IMG/VR virus record: IMGVR_UViG_3300023296_001674
Length of the DNA stretch: 64,000 bases
Origin: a virus
Reading direction: 5' to 3' (one strand)
In this document: piece after piece, positions 18,828 through 29,014 of the stretch
Layout: each line of letters begins with the position of its first letter
Position numbering within the stretch: the stretch's first letter is position 1
Translations under genes and position numbers: made by a program
Notes under the pieces: generated by a model
What the model was told of the DNA's origin: nothing
The model's database searches: none
The model's input: only the letters and a program-made list of their open reading frames with translations

Positions 18828-20695
18828 TATCAGTCCCGCCGTTATTGCATAAGTCTGTATATTTGCCATACATATGGGGCAGACTTAAAACATATGCTGA
18901 TTGTGATTATGAAAATGATTTATCCGATATAGATTGGCTCGATCCATTATTTTTACACGAAACACCGGACCAATTACCAGAATGCGACATTCTTGGTTTA
19001 AGTTGTTATGTATGGAACTGGGATAAAAATTTAGAAATAGCAAAAACAATTAAAGAAAATAATCCAAATTGTTTTATAATCGCCAGTGGTCCACATGTTC
19101 CATATAAAAATTCAAATTTCTTTGAAGAATTTCCTCAAATAGATGCAATATGCTACAGCGAAGGCGAACGAGTATTTTCAGAATTTTTATATAATTACAC
19201 AAACGATATAGATTACGACATAGATGGTTTGTTATTAAAAACTAATCCTACCAAATCATTACCTAATGTTCCAAAATTGTCATTAGATGATTTAACTTCG
19301 CCATGGATTCATTGCGATGAATCATTCAGAAGATTTGATGCAGAATTAAGAATATTGGATAAGCGCGTCAATATCATCATTGAAACAAATCGTGGGTGTC
19401 CATACAAGTGTGCGTTTTGTGATTGGGGATCAGCCACAAATTCTAAAATTAAAAAATTCAACAAACGCAACATATTCGACGAAATTGATTTATTATGCAA
19501 ATATGACCCAGAAATAGTGTTTATAGCAGATGCAAATTTTGGTATATTGGAAGTTGATTTAGAATATATAAAACGATTTGTTGAAAATAAAACCCGTTTC
19601 GATATGAGACGCATGCAAGTCAATGTATGTATCGCAAAAAACAAAAAAGATATAGCCAATGAATGTTTGAAATTACTGTATGAAAATGAAATGCTGGTTA
19701 ATGCACAAATTTCATTTCAACACACAGACGACGAAGTATTGGATATAATGGATAGAAGTAACATAAAAGTGTTAAGTTCAATCGAAGAAGTCAAAGAAAA
19801 TTATAAAAATGGCATACCGAGTGCAGGAGTATTGATATTAGGAAATCCTGGTGATACTATGGTTAAACTGAAAAAAGCATTCAATGATTTATTGTGTTTA
19901 GGATTTCATGATGAAATCAGATTGCACGATTTTATGTTACTGCCAAATGCACCTGCTAGCGATCCGGCATATATTGAAAAATGGAAAATTGGATATATTG
20001 AAAAAATGTATCAAGAAACGCCAGACAGAACGCCGTTTAAAACTAAATTTTTATGCGAATCTTTTAGTTACACAAAAAAAGATTACATAGAAATGCAATT
20101 ATATAGTTCATTTATTCAAAGCATGCATAATTTATCGATATTCAAATTCGTTGCAATGTTCGCGCATCATTCACACAACGTCGATTATAATACATTTTAT
20201 GATCAAGTAATTAAAATACCTGCAATACGAAAAATATTGGATGTAGTCGAAGATGACTTGAATGAATATATGTATGGCGATAAACAGACTAAATTTATAA
20301 CATATAACAACAGATCATTTTCGTATGAAAATTATATTTTCTTGAAAGCATTGGAAAATATTGATGAAATATATGACAGTTTCGAGTTATATGGTTCCGA
20401 TATTATAAAATTTCAAAAAGAAATATTAGTTAACGGATTACCAAAAAATGATTTCGAATTGGATTTCGATTATAAAGAATATTTCACCAAAATATATAAT
20501 CTTCCAGTAAATGAACGTGGAAATTTTTTTCCTATAAAAAGGAAAACAAAATATAAATTCAAACATTATAATGTAGGACCATATGAAAATATAAACACAA
20601 AAGGGTTCACCATAAAAGATGTGATTAACAAAATTTTAAATAAAACACCAAATTATAGACACAAAATAACATATTATGAGAATATTATAAAATGA
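18809..20695 (+). CDS. Cobalamin-binding radical SAM enzyme (start approximate)
   Basis: LGLSCYVWN, SGPHV, EGERVF; ETNRGCPYKCAFCDWG; ADANFG; AGGAG SD upstream. Confidence 0.88.
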   Translation: MGNKVLISVPPLLHKSVYLPYIWGRLKTYADCDYENDLSDIDWLDPLFLHETPDQLPECDILGLSCYVWNWDKNLEIAKTIKENNPNCFIIASGPHVPYKNSNFFEEFPQIDAICYSEGERVFSEFLYNYTNDIDYDIDGLLLKTNPTKSLPNVPKLSLDDLTSPWIHCDESFRRFDAELRILDKRVNIIIETNRGCPYKCAFCDWGSATNSKIKKFNKRNIFDEIDLLCKYDPEIVFIADANFGILEVDLEYIKRFVENKTRFDMRRMQVNVCIAKNKKDIANECLKLLYENEMLVNAQISFQHTDDEVLDIMDRSNIKVLSSIEEVKENYKNGIPSAGVLILGNPGDTMVKLKKAFNDLLCLGFHDEIRLHDFMLLPNAPASDPAYIEKWKIGYIEKMYQETPDRTPFKTKFLCESFSYTKKDYIEMQLYSSFIQSMHNLSIFKFVAMFAHHSHNVDYNTFYDQVIKIPAIRKILDVVEDDLNEYMYGDKQTKFITYNNRSFSYENYIFLKALENIDEIYDSFELYGSDIIKFQKEILVNGLPKNDFELDFDYKEYFTKIYNLPVNERGNFFPIKRKTKYKFKHYNVGPYENINTKGFTIKDVINKILNKTPNYRHKITYYENIIK

Positions 20696-21330
20696 CATAC
20701 CCAACAAACATCGATATTGTAAATCTAAATGAATTCGGTGTTGATAAGTTTAAAAATATATTATTACAATTATCAACCGAATGCGCCGACAAAAATAGAG
20801 ATTGGTTTGATCCAGATAATAATTGGAGTTTGATACATCAATTCGCTAAATATGATTGGTGTTTTGCATTACACGACGATCAATTAGTGGCGTTTTCTGC
20901 TATACAAAAATATAATTTCGGTGTAAGAGTTTTAACCAGAACATTTTACATGCCGGTTTTTAGAAAATCCAGCTTGAAAGTTAATATGAAATACACAATG
21001 GATGAAATCACTCCAGCGATGAAAATGTTACAATATCAACTTAATTCATTAAAAAATAGCGATGTTTCTTTAGCATTTATCAGCATGGAATATCCAGAAA
21101 GACGGACGGCACTTGAGACATTTCGTGATAAGTTAAATCATCATTATGATAACAATTGGACTATTCCTGAAAATATGTATTTAACATGTCCCGATCCTGA
21201 AAGTTTTTCGTGTTGGCAGAACATATGCTATACCGAATTAAAACCAAATTCATTTTTTAATGATTGGGGTAACATAACAGTAGACGAATGGAGGAATAGA
21301 TATGGAAACGCACGAAAGACACTTGACTGA
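20692..21330 (+). CDS. GNAT-like protein
   Basis: FALHDDQLVAFSAI...RVLTRTFYMPVFR resembles GNAT beta3-beta4. Confidence 0.45.
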   Translation: MTYPTNIDIVNLNEFGVDKFKNILLQLSTECADKNRDWFDPDNNWSLIHQFAKYDWCFALHDDQLVAFSAIQKYNFGVRVLTRTFYMPVFRKSSLKVNMKYTMDEITPAMKMLQYQLNSLKNSDVSLAFISMEYPERRTALETFRDKLNHHYDNNWTIPENMYLTCPDPESFSCWQNICYTELKPNSFFNDWGNITVDEWRNRYGNARKTLD

Positions 21331-21958
21331 TTCTGATGTAATACGTGAACGCGTTAAAGGTGATAATGGGCCACGAAGACATGAAGTGGTCACATTTGAA
21401 AAACTATCAGAAGTTCCCAGAGACGTGATCGATGAAATACATCAAGTATTGAGCAATTATCGAAAAAACGATTTGGTTTCAGATAGGCATCCAATAAGTG
21501 TTAATTGCAAAATAGCACAAGAATTTAAAAAAGAAAACGGATATAAACAAATATTACTACAAGGACATTTAGGTGATGAAGGAATAGAAGAAAGCCAGTA
21601 TACTGAATGGTTTGACATGGGAACTGATAATATACAAAAATATTTAACTGCTACATTTGGAAAGGTGTTTAGAGCAAGAATAAGTGTGTGTCCTGCCGGT
21701 GAAGAACTAAATTGGCATATAGATACAGATACGTCTAAAATGTGTCGAATACAAATATGTGTGCAAGACAAAGAATCTTATTTTGAGTTCAAAGTGCGTG
21801 GCGTGGAATCATCCAATCGCATGGAAGAGAACAACTTGTACTTCATAAATACTGGATGGACACATCGTGTAAGAAATGTATCTGATATAGATCGAATTGT
21901 TCTATTAGCAGGCGTGTATTTTGATGACGTTCCAAATAATGAAAAATTGAGAGTTTAG
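21302..21958 (+). CDS. 2OG-Fe(II) oxygenase (Asp/Asn beta-hydroxylase-like)
   Basis: RARIS...WHID...INTGWTHRVRN...RIVL (HxD...H...R). Confidence 0.8.
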   Translation: METHERHLTDSDVIRERVKGDNGPRRHEVVTFEKLSEVPRDVIDEIHQVLSNYRKNDLVSDRHPISVNCKIAQEFKKENGYKQILLQGHLGDEGIEESQYTEWFDMGTDNIQKYLTATFGKVFRARISVCPAGEELNWHIDTDTSKMCRIQICVQDKESYFEFKVRGVESSNRMEENNLYFINTGWTHRVRNVSDIDRIVLLAGVYFDDVPNNEKLRV

Positions 21959-21959
21959 T

Positions 21960-22658
21960 ATGCACGACTTTATGCCAATAGACGTTGCCTTAAATTACGA
22001 AAAACATCACATGGTCGATTTTTTTAATAAACGATGTGTGCGCGGCTCTATATGGTGGGATATGGTTATAGTTCGATCAGTAGAAAAAATGAGTGATACC
22101 GAATCGGTTAAAGTAAAATGGAATGAATCATATAAGTGGATTTGGGATGAAGAATTTGAAAACAAATTTCCATCATTGATAGATGATTTATATAATAAAT
22201 TACCTTTTAGATTTATAAGCAGTGTGCTATTGCTTAGAAATTTCGACGTTGTTCATCCACATTGTGATATTTCCATCAATGAAAAAGAAAATGACAATAT
22301 TCGTTTGGCTAAAAACGACCTTGGTAGCATGGAATCAAGCATGTATAGAATTGTAATAGATGGTTCTATAAATAATTCATTTTTTTTAAGTGATAAATTG
22401 GTAGGTGATGATACGGGACGCAAATGGGTTGGCATGGATGATATAACCCCCGGTGTCGATTATAACGTCAAATTTGTTAGTATGCCACCAGACACCAATA
22501 TATTCGCCCTAACGGCGTTTAATGCTACACACGGATCAGTAATTCCAGATTCACCAAAAATAATTATGGCAGTGCATGGATTTTTAGATGAAGCACGACA
22601 TTCATCCCTATTAACACAAAGTTATGACAAATATAAATCATATGGAATAACTTATTAA
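21960..22658 (+). CDS. Divergent 2OG-Fe(II) oxygenase-like protein
   Basis: VHPHCD...RIVI...THGS...KIIM. Confidence 0.55.
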   Translation: MHDFMPIDVALNYEKHHMVDFFNKRCVRGSIWWDMVIVRSVEKMSDTESVKVKWNESYKWIWDEEFENKFPSLIDDLYNKLPFRFISSVLLLRNFDVVHPHCDISINEKENDNIRLAKNDLGSMESSMYRIVIDGSINNSFFLSDKLVGDDTGRKWVGMDDITPGVDYNVKFVSMPPDTNIFALTAFNATHGSVIPDSPKIIMAVHGFLDEARHSSLLTQSYDKYKSYGITY

Positions 22659-23494
22659 TGTATACACTTTTTAGCACACCAAGAACAGGAAGCATTTTAG
22701 CATCTGGATTGTTATGGTTATATTTACGGAACAAATACAAATATAATTCATATATAATAGAAATGTTTAATCAAAATCATTATAATGTGTGGCACGATGA
22801 TAATATTAAAGATGGGATATTATTAAGTAGGCATAATCATTCAATCAAAGTGAAAAATTCATATAAATTAAAATTTAAATTATCACATGGTACAATAATT
22901 CAATACAAAGATTATGACGATATTCGATATTTAGACGAATCTGAAATAATTGAAGAAGATTTATACCGTCTCGATATACTTAAGCAAGCCAGCAAAAATA
23001 ATGATTATTTTCTTAATAATCATGCGACGCCGTTGGGTGAAAATGTTTTTAAATATTTAACCACATTAGATGTTATATGTATAGAGCGCAAAGATAAATT
23101 TGAACAAATTATGAGTAATTGTATAGCGCATCACACCAAACAATATTGGTGTAAAGATAACTCGTCTATTATAATACACGAAAAAGATAGCATTCAAGTT
23201 GACGAGAAATTCTTTAAAAATACATTAAAGAGATATGAAACTTACACACATCGAAAAAAAATGTTAATCGACCCTATAACGATATATTATGAAGATATAA
23301 ATGATATGAAATCATATTTAGAGTTTGGTGAATTAGTTGGATTTAAAGACTATGATAAATATGTAACCATCGACGAAATTGATGATATTGTGGGTGTTAA
23401 ACAAAATCCCGATGATAAATTGAAGTATTTTAAAAATAAAAATCAAATGATAAGTTGGTTCGAGGAGTGGAATGAGCACATTACTGTTACCTGA
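22658..23494 (+). CDS. Sulfotransferase-family protein
   Basis: STPRTGS 5'-PSB loop, IERKDKFEQIMS, IYYED. Confidence 0.7.
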   Translation: MYTLFSTPRTGSILASGLLWLYLRNKYKYNSYIIEMFNQNHYNVWHDDNIKDGILLSRHNHSIKVKNSYKLKFKLSHGTIIQYKDYDDIRYLDESEIIEEDLYRLDILKQASKNNDYFLNNHATPLGENVFKYLTTLDVICIERKDKFEQIMSNCIAHHTKQYWCKDNSSIIIHEKDSIQVDEKFFKNTLKRYETYTHRKKMLIDPITIYYEDINDMKSYLEFGELVGFKDYDKYVTIDEIDDIVGVKQNPDDKLKYFKNKNQMISWFEEWNEHITVT

Positions 23495-24014
23495 AATTAA
23501 ATACAATAAACGCGAACTGAAAGAATTTGTAATGCATTGTGTTAAAAATAATAAACCAATAACAAATGTAGATGATTCTTATATCGTATATGACTCAGAT
23601 TTTAATGCTACAGCATATACTGCCATTAGAAATCAAATTTCATTAAAAGGTCATATCAATTTTAAAATTGTTTATCTCAAAAAAGGTATTAATTTTTTAC
23701 CTCATATCGACAACACATCAAACGGATTGACGTGTAAAATAATATTTCCTATAACTGGTGATTTTGAAGTTTCACCAATAGATATATATAATCCCACTAA
23801 AAAAAATAAATCAGGGAAAGCGATCTCTGAAACCGATGCTGGTGAGAAAATAGGAAGTATAGTATATCGTTGTCCTATTTTATTAGACACAACCATTGTT
23901 CATGGTGTTGATAATAGTTCTGGTGGCGATAGAATAGTATTGAGTATGTGTTTTCATAATACAAGTTTTAATGATTTAGCAAAAATGCATTATTCAAACA
24001 ATTTGATTGTTTAA
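23472..24014 (+). CDS. 2OG-Fe(II) oxygenase-like protein
   Basis: LPHID...LLDTTIVHGVDN...RIVLSM. Confidence 0.7.
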   Translation: MSTLLLPEIKYNKRELKEFVMHCVKNNKPITNVDDSYIVYDSDFNATAYTAIRNQISLKGHINFKIVYLKKGINFLPHIDNTSNGLTCKIIFPITGDFEVSPIDIYNPTKKNKSGKAISETDAGEKIGSIVYRCPILLDTTIVHGVDNSSGGDRIVLSMCFHNTSFNDLAKMHYSNNLIV

Positions 24015-24685
24015 TATTCACCAAACGCCCAATATTTCTCTCTACACCACCAACATTTTTTACACGTTTCTGTAAAATTATTTGTTACATCAGAATGACC
24101 TTCACATGATCTCGTTATTGGAAATAGATCATACATGAGATCATATTCATCATATAAATATGCTATAAATTTTTTATCTACATTTCTAAATGGAAAATAT
24201 ATAGGAGTTATATCATTCCATATATACCAATTGTTATGCTTATGTTCACCGACATCGCGTATAAGTTCTCTACCTTTTTTTAATTCTTCTGGTATATCTA
24301 CTGGATTTGCACTTAATCCAGTGATAACCATATCTATCATATCACTATCTAATAATTTCTTTTCAAAATTTCTAAGATACTCTAATTTTTGTGTTTCATG
24401 AAAATATGAAATATGATGTGATATAATATTATTAGGTATCAATTTTTTTATTTTATCAACAACGTCAACTGAACGAAAATATGTCCATCTTCCCTTAAGA
24501 TCATTTACGCATGTAAGAATAACCAATTCAATATCTCGATTGTTTTCAACTATATATTTGGTCAAAATATATAATAAAATCGAACTATCTGCACCACCAC
24601 TCAAATTTACTGCTATTTTTTTATATTTTTCAGGTATGTTGAAATTTATTTCTTGATTGTCGTGTTTTAATATTAATTCTTTCAT
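24011..24685 (-). CDS. PP-loop ATPase, QueC-like
   Basis: LSGGADS; TRSCE...CKKCWWCREK Zn motif. Confidence 0.75.
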   Translation of the reverse strand: MKELILKHDNQEINFNIPEKYKKIAVNLSGGADSSILLYILTKYIVENNRDIELVILTCVNDLKGRWTYFRSVDVVDKIKKLIPNNIISHHISYFHETQKLEYLRNFEKKLLDSDMIDMVITGLSANPVDIPEELKKGRELIRDVGEHKHNNWYIWNDITPIYFPFRNVDKKFIAYLYDEYDLMYDLFPITRSCEGHSDVTNNFTETCKKCWWCREKYWAFGEY

Positions 24686-25231
24686 TTACAATATAGTTCC
24701 AACTATATGTACGCGCTCGACGTCTACGCTACCATTAAATACCGTATGTGGTAATGTTGTATCAACTATAAAAGAATTTCCATCGGAGGGGAGGTGAAAT
24801 GCACGATCTTCTACAACCATTTTACAGTTTTCATCTGTAATAATGGGAAGATGTATTCGTTTATGTGAATCAGCGTGCCACGATAAACATTTTTTTCTAT
24901 TTAATTTCATCAATCTAACCCTTCCCAATGTCAATCCATAGTCATTTATCCAGCAATTGTATATATTATAAAAATATGAATTATGTAAATTTATATTAAA
25001 TTCACTATAGTCGCTTTCTTTATATACGACAGTTTTGGATATTTTTATACCATTTTCAAAATCACCTTCGTAGAATAACGACCCAGTTCCTTCATAATAT
25101 GGATTTGTACATCCTATTTTATTTGTTAAACATATTTGATTGCGAGTATGGAATGGTGCATTCAATAATAAATTGTTTAATGATTTGTTAATTTCAACCA
25201 TATCAAAATTTGTTGGTAGTATATCATACAT
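24686..25231 (-). CDS. 2OG-Fe(II) oxygenase (Asp/Asn beta-hydroxylase-like)
   Basis: RVRLM...WHAD...RIHLPIIT...DTTLPHTVFN...RVHIV. Confidence 0.8.
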   Translation of the reverse strand: MYDILPTNFDMVEINKSLNNLLLNAPFHTRNQICLTNKIGCTNPYYEGTGSLFYEGDFENGIKISKTVVYKESDYSEFNINLHNSYFYNIYNCWINDYGLTLGRVRLMKLNRKKCLSWHADSHKRIHLPIITDENCKMVVEDRAFHLPSDGNSFIVDTTLPHTVFNGSVDVERVHIVGTIL

Positions 25232-25260
25232 TTATAGTTGTCCTATACATATAAAAAGAG

Positions 25261-25288
25261 TTGACATTATTACTATTCGTGATATTAT
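25261..25288 (+). promoter_or_regulatory. Sigma70-like promoter of the lyase gene
   Basis: TTGACA-N16-TATTAT; AAGGA SD before ATG 25333. Confidence 0.5.
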
Positions 25289-25332
25289 ATCACAATACAA
25301 CAATATTTATCAATATTTAAAAGGATTTTAAC

Positions 25333-26106
25333 ATGATTTATAATCGTTTTTTCGCGTCTGTGATCACCATGTTTATGCTTTCTGGGTGCGTCACAAATTC
25401 TGGCGGATTTGGTTCATTCTCAAAAGGGGATTTGAATAAAAAATCATATGGTCATACCGAAGTTCCTGATCCAACAGGGTTTGCTCCAACAAAAATGGTT
25501 CATCGTTTCGAAGTGCGGGATGGTGATTGCGGTGTAAGCAGTAAAGGAAGCAGTGATTGTAATCGTGGGAGTGAACGGGCTGAAATGAAGGAAAACAGTC
25601 CATCCCATTATGGCGAATCTTGGTATGGATGGTCTATTTATTTCCCGAAGGATTATGTAAGTTTGATACATTCTGGTGTCACGGTGGCGCAATTCAAACC
25701 ATACAGCAGAAAGCCATTGCTAACATTTGGTGATCATTTTGAGACGCTTGTAGTAAACAGATATGAAGGCGTTCCTAATGCGGTAAGACAACAAAAATCA
25801 CTTGAGCGCTACGAACTTATTGCCACTGAAGATTTAAGGGGAAAATGGCACAAAATCGAAATGAATATTAAATGGTCATCCGATGATGATGGTTTTTATA
25901 AAATTTGGGTCAATGGGAAACTCAAAGTCGACTACAAAGGTGTCACAAAAGCAGGAAGACCATATCTTAAATATGGAATTTATCGAAACAATTTGCATAA
26001 ATATAAATTTCATGCCGGTGTAAAAATTATACCAACGCAAATTTTGATGTATTCAAATGTCAAAAAAAGTGACACACGGGAAGGTCTGTTGCCTACGGTA
26101 GAATAA
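25333..26106 (+). CDS. Lipoprotein, polysaccharide lyase-like jelly-roll (heparin lyase I / Polysacc_lyase-like)
   Basis: Lipobox LSGC; FEVRDGD, ERAE, WYGWSIYFP, GKWHKI, KIWVNG, YLKYGIYR. Confidence 0.75.
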   Translation: MIYNRFFASVITMFMLSGCVTNSGGFGSFSKGDLNKKSYGHTEVPDPTGFAPTKMVHRFEVRDGDCGVSSKGSSDCNRGSERAEMKENSPSHYGESWYGWSIYFPKDYVSLIHSGVTVAQFKPYSRKPLLTFGDHFETLVVNRYEGVPNAVRQQKSLERYELIATEDLRGKWHKIEMNIKWSSDDDGFYKIWVNGKLKVDYKGVTKAGRPYLKYGIYRNNLHKYKFHAGVKIIPTQILMYSNVKKSDTREGLLPTVE

Positions 26107-26112
26107 TCTTTT

Positions 26113-27081
26113 TTAGTTTGTATAATCCATTAATTTTTTCTGACCATTTGGCAATTTATGATATAATGGCTGTATCTCTAATTGAAAATGTGGAAAATTA
26201 TCATTAATAGATTTTGATATTATAGCAATTTCATCCGTTTTTTCTGGAAGATGCGCAACTTTAATTACAATATATTTAGCATCAGGCGATCTATGCTTGG
26301 ACATATATTCTAATTTTTTATACAATGCATCCCATTTGGTAAATTCAAAATGCACACTTAATCGGAGTCCACATATCTCACTCAATTCAGTCAAATATTC
26401 TTTGTTTTTTGTACCATTGGTATTAACATGCATCATTAAATGTTGCTCCTCACCAATGAATTTATCATGCATTGTTTTAACATATTTTAAAAAATCAGGA
26501 TTTATTGTCGGCTCTCCTCCAGTATAAACAATATCTATATTCATATTTTCTGGTATTTGTGAAAAAAGATTATTTGTGCCATCTATTAATTGATCATATT
26601 TAAAATGTGGGCTAAAGTTATCGTGAACGGTATCTGGGCAATACGAACAATCAAAATTACATCTTTTTCCAATATTCCAATTGATTCGAAAATTATTATC
26701 ATCACTCAATTCATCAACTGACGAGACCGCCACAACATCGTTTATATTAAAATTATCAGTGATATCAGTATTCAATAATGGCATATATTTAACATCTTTG
26801 ACTTTTTCTAAAACAATATCGTCGGTGCAATGACAAACATCAAAATCACATGTTATCCATTCAGTTCTTAATTTAAAATTTGTATATATATTTCCAATTG
26901 ATCCGCCTTGTTTGCATACCGATCCAAACACTGAACCCTTAGAATTGATGCTAATAGTTCTTCTGCCAGCACTACACGACCAACCTTTCCATTTATTATA
27001 ACCGTTATTTTTAATATCATCCAATGATAAAAATTCTGATTTTCCATTACTGTCTATGAATTTTACTCGTTTATGTGCCAT
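26113..27081 (-). CDS. Radical SAM enzyme with N-terminal SPASM/twitch-like domain
   Basis: CSAG...C...CDFDVCHC precedes CNFDCSYC, TGGEPT, NTNG, SVHFE. Confidence 0.85.
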   Translation of the reverse strand: MAHKRVKFIDSNGKSEFLSLDDIKNNGYNKWKGWSCSAGRRTISINSKGSVFGSVCKQGGSIGNIYTNFKLRTEWITCDFDVCHCTDDIVLEKVKDVKYMPLLNTDITDNFNINDVVAVSSVDELSDDNNFRINWNIGKRCNFDCSYCPDTVHDNFSPHFKYDQLIDGTNNLFSQIPENMNIDIVYTGGEPTINPDFLKYVKTMHDKFIGEEQHLMMHVNTNGTKNKEYLTELSEICGLRLSVHFEFTKWDALYKKLEYMSKHRSPDAKYIVIKVAHLPEKTDEIAIISKSINDNFPHFQLEIQPLYHKLPNGQKKLMDYTN

Positions 27082-27935
27082 TATATAATTCCTATTAATT
27101 TTTTATTTTCAGATATAGCGGTTATTATATCGATCATATTTGAGGTATCAAACATTATTGCAACATATACCTGTCCCAATCTACATTTTGGATCGGTTGT
27201 GTCATATCCCAAATTACTATACCATTCATGTATTAATTGTACCCTGTTCGCGTGCCATTCGTTATTATAAGGTCCAAAATCCGCAACAAATGATGCTGAA
27301 TATGTTTCTAACGGTCTTGGTGTTGTTACAACATCTTGTCTTCTATAACACTCTATATAATCTTTGCCGACTTGTGAATAATTTAATTTGATCCCGCCAG
27401 CTATATAAAGCGGCGTAAACATATCATTATAATCATCTATTATATTTTTCTTTTCAAATTGAAATGGTTCATCACCATGCTTTAAAAATCTAACTCTTAT
27501 TCTACTATCTGATTGTTTTCGTGTTTGTGTTATAATGGCATTTTCTAATTCATGTATGAAAATATTTAAATCGTTCATTGCTTGAACTAAATCATGATCT
27601 ATTCGATAATTCTTATCTACTACTATATTTTCATATATAAAATGCAAATTGTTTAAACAATTCTGTGTAAATATATCATCTATATATTCAAACAATACAT
27701 TATCAAATGTTTTAGGTTTTTTACTTTTTATTATATCTATCGCTACAAGTAAATTTTGTTGAATATTTATAATTTTGGCAGGATTATAAAATCCAGAATA
27801 AGTATCTTCGATGAAATAATCATTATTGTATATTCGATTTTCAAGTAAATTAAACCAACTATAAGCAAGTTCATTATCATATAGTAAATATTTTACCTCT
27901 GTTCCATTTTCAAAAATTAAACTAAATTTTTTCAT
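27081..27935 (-). CDS. Hypothetical protein of the modification island
   Basis: 284 aa; LNNLH, IHELE, YSQVGKD; overlaps both neighbours. Confidence 0.7.
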   Translation of the reverse strand: MKKFSLIFENGTEVKYLLYDNELAYSWFNLLENRIYNNDYFIEDTYSGFYNPAKIINIQQNLLVAIDIIKSKKPKTFDNVLFEYIDDIFTQNCLNNLHFIYENIVVDKNYRIDHDLVQAMNDLNIFIHELENAIITQTRKQSDSRIRVRFLKHGDEPFQFEKKNIIDDYNDMFTPLYIAGGIKLNYSQVGKDYIECYRRQDVVTTPRPLETYSASFVADFGPYNNEWHANRVQLIHEWYSNLGYDTTDPKCRLGQVYVAIMFDTSNMIDIITAISENKKLIGII

Positions 27936-29014
27936 ATCTTAACACCGCATTGAAATGTGCATTTTTTAATAGTGTTGTGTGGAGTTTTCCACGATTCTTC
28001 CAATAATTCACATAATTTTATATAATGAGAATACACGTGGTCAAAATCATATTTGGTTGAATCTAAATTGTCTATTCCTATCACGTTATAAATTTCAGTA
28101 AAATCAACAGGTAATGGTTTATTATCATAAATAAATTCCGAAAGTGTAGCCCCATGCCAACAGCATGGTACTATATGACCCGTTGAATTATAAAACATTT
28201 TATCTATTTTCGTTTTTGATATATTATCATATGATTTACAAATTATATCAATATTGTTTTCTTTTTCATAAGTTTCAAGTTGTTTTAAAATAGTATCGGT
28301 ACTTGTCGAGGTTTTATCATCGTGCACATTTATCAAAAATGTTTCTCTTATCGTTCCTTTATTATCATACTTATATTTATAATCACCGTCGGCTATTTCT
28401 AACGTGTATTCTTCATTTTTCCATTCATACGTAAGTGTGGGTGATCGACTAAATCTATCACTATTAAATGATTTAAAATCAAAAAATCCTAATTTTTCAG
28501 CCATCAATTTTGCTTCTTCGAGTTGATGTTGATTGTGTTTAAATATTATAAATTGCCATCTTGCTTTACCGCCAGAACTTATAAATGCTTCTGCATTTTT
28601 TACTATTTTATCAAAATTGCAATTTCTTCTATACATTTCTAATGTTTCTTGTGTAGAACCATCTAATCCAAATGTACAAACACAACCCAATGAACCCAAT
28701 CTCTCCCACCACGATGTAGATCGTAAACTACCATTTGTTGCTATTCTTATTTTAAGTTTGTCATTTAAAGAACGCATGTATTCTACAATTTCTAAAAAAT
28801 CACTTGATGCAACAGGATCGCTAACATTTCCACAAAACAAAACACTTTTCAAATTTTTTAAAAATTCTACAGGATAAAACTCTTTAAATGCTGAAATAGA
28901 CTGGTCGGTTGACGACCATTTTGATGTATCGGTTCTTGCTCTAAAACACTGAGGGCAATATGCATTACATTTATTAGATAATTCAAAATGAATTTCTTTT
29001 ACTGAATATTCCAT
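27932..29014 (-). CDS. Radical SAM enzyme with C-terminal twitch/SPASM-like domain
   Basis: CNAYCPQC, TNGSLR, FGLDG, FKHNQHQ; C...PCCW...CTFQC. Confidence 0.88.
   Translation of the reverse strand: MEYSVKEIHFELSNKCNAYCPQCFRARTDTSKWSSTDQSISAFKEFYPVEFLKNLKSVLFCGNVSDPVASSDFLEIVEYMRSLNDKLKIRIATNGSLRSTSWWERLGSLGCVCTFGLDGSTQETLEMYRRNCNFDKIVKNAEAFISSGGKARWQFIIFKHNQHQLEEAKLMAEKLGFFDFKSFNSDRFSRSPTLTYEWKNEEYTLEIADGDYKYKYDNKGTIRETFLINVHDDKTSTSTDTILKQLETYEKENNIDIICKSYDNISKTKIDKMFYNSTGHIVPCCWHGATLSEFIYDNKPLPVDFTEIYNVIGIDNLDSTKYDFDHVYSHYIKLCELLEESWKTPHNTIKKCTFQCGVKI

Noticed and set aside
24011-24685. 7-deazaguanine DNA modification cluster
   Set aside because: No FolE, QueD or DpdA/TGT recognisable in the window
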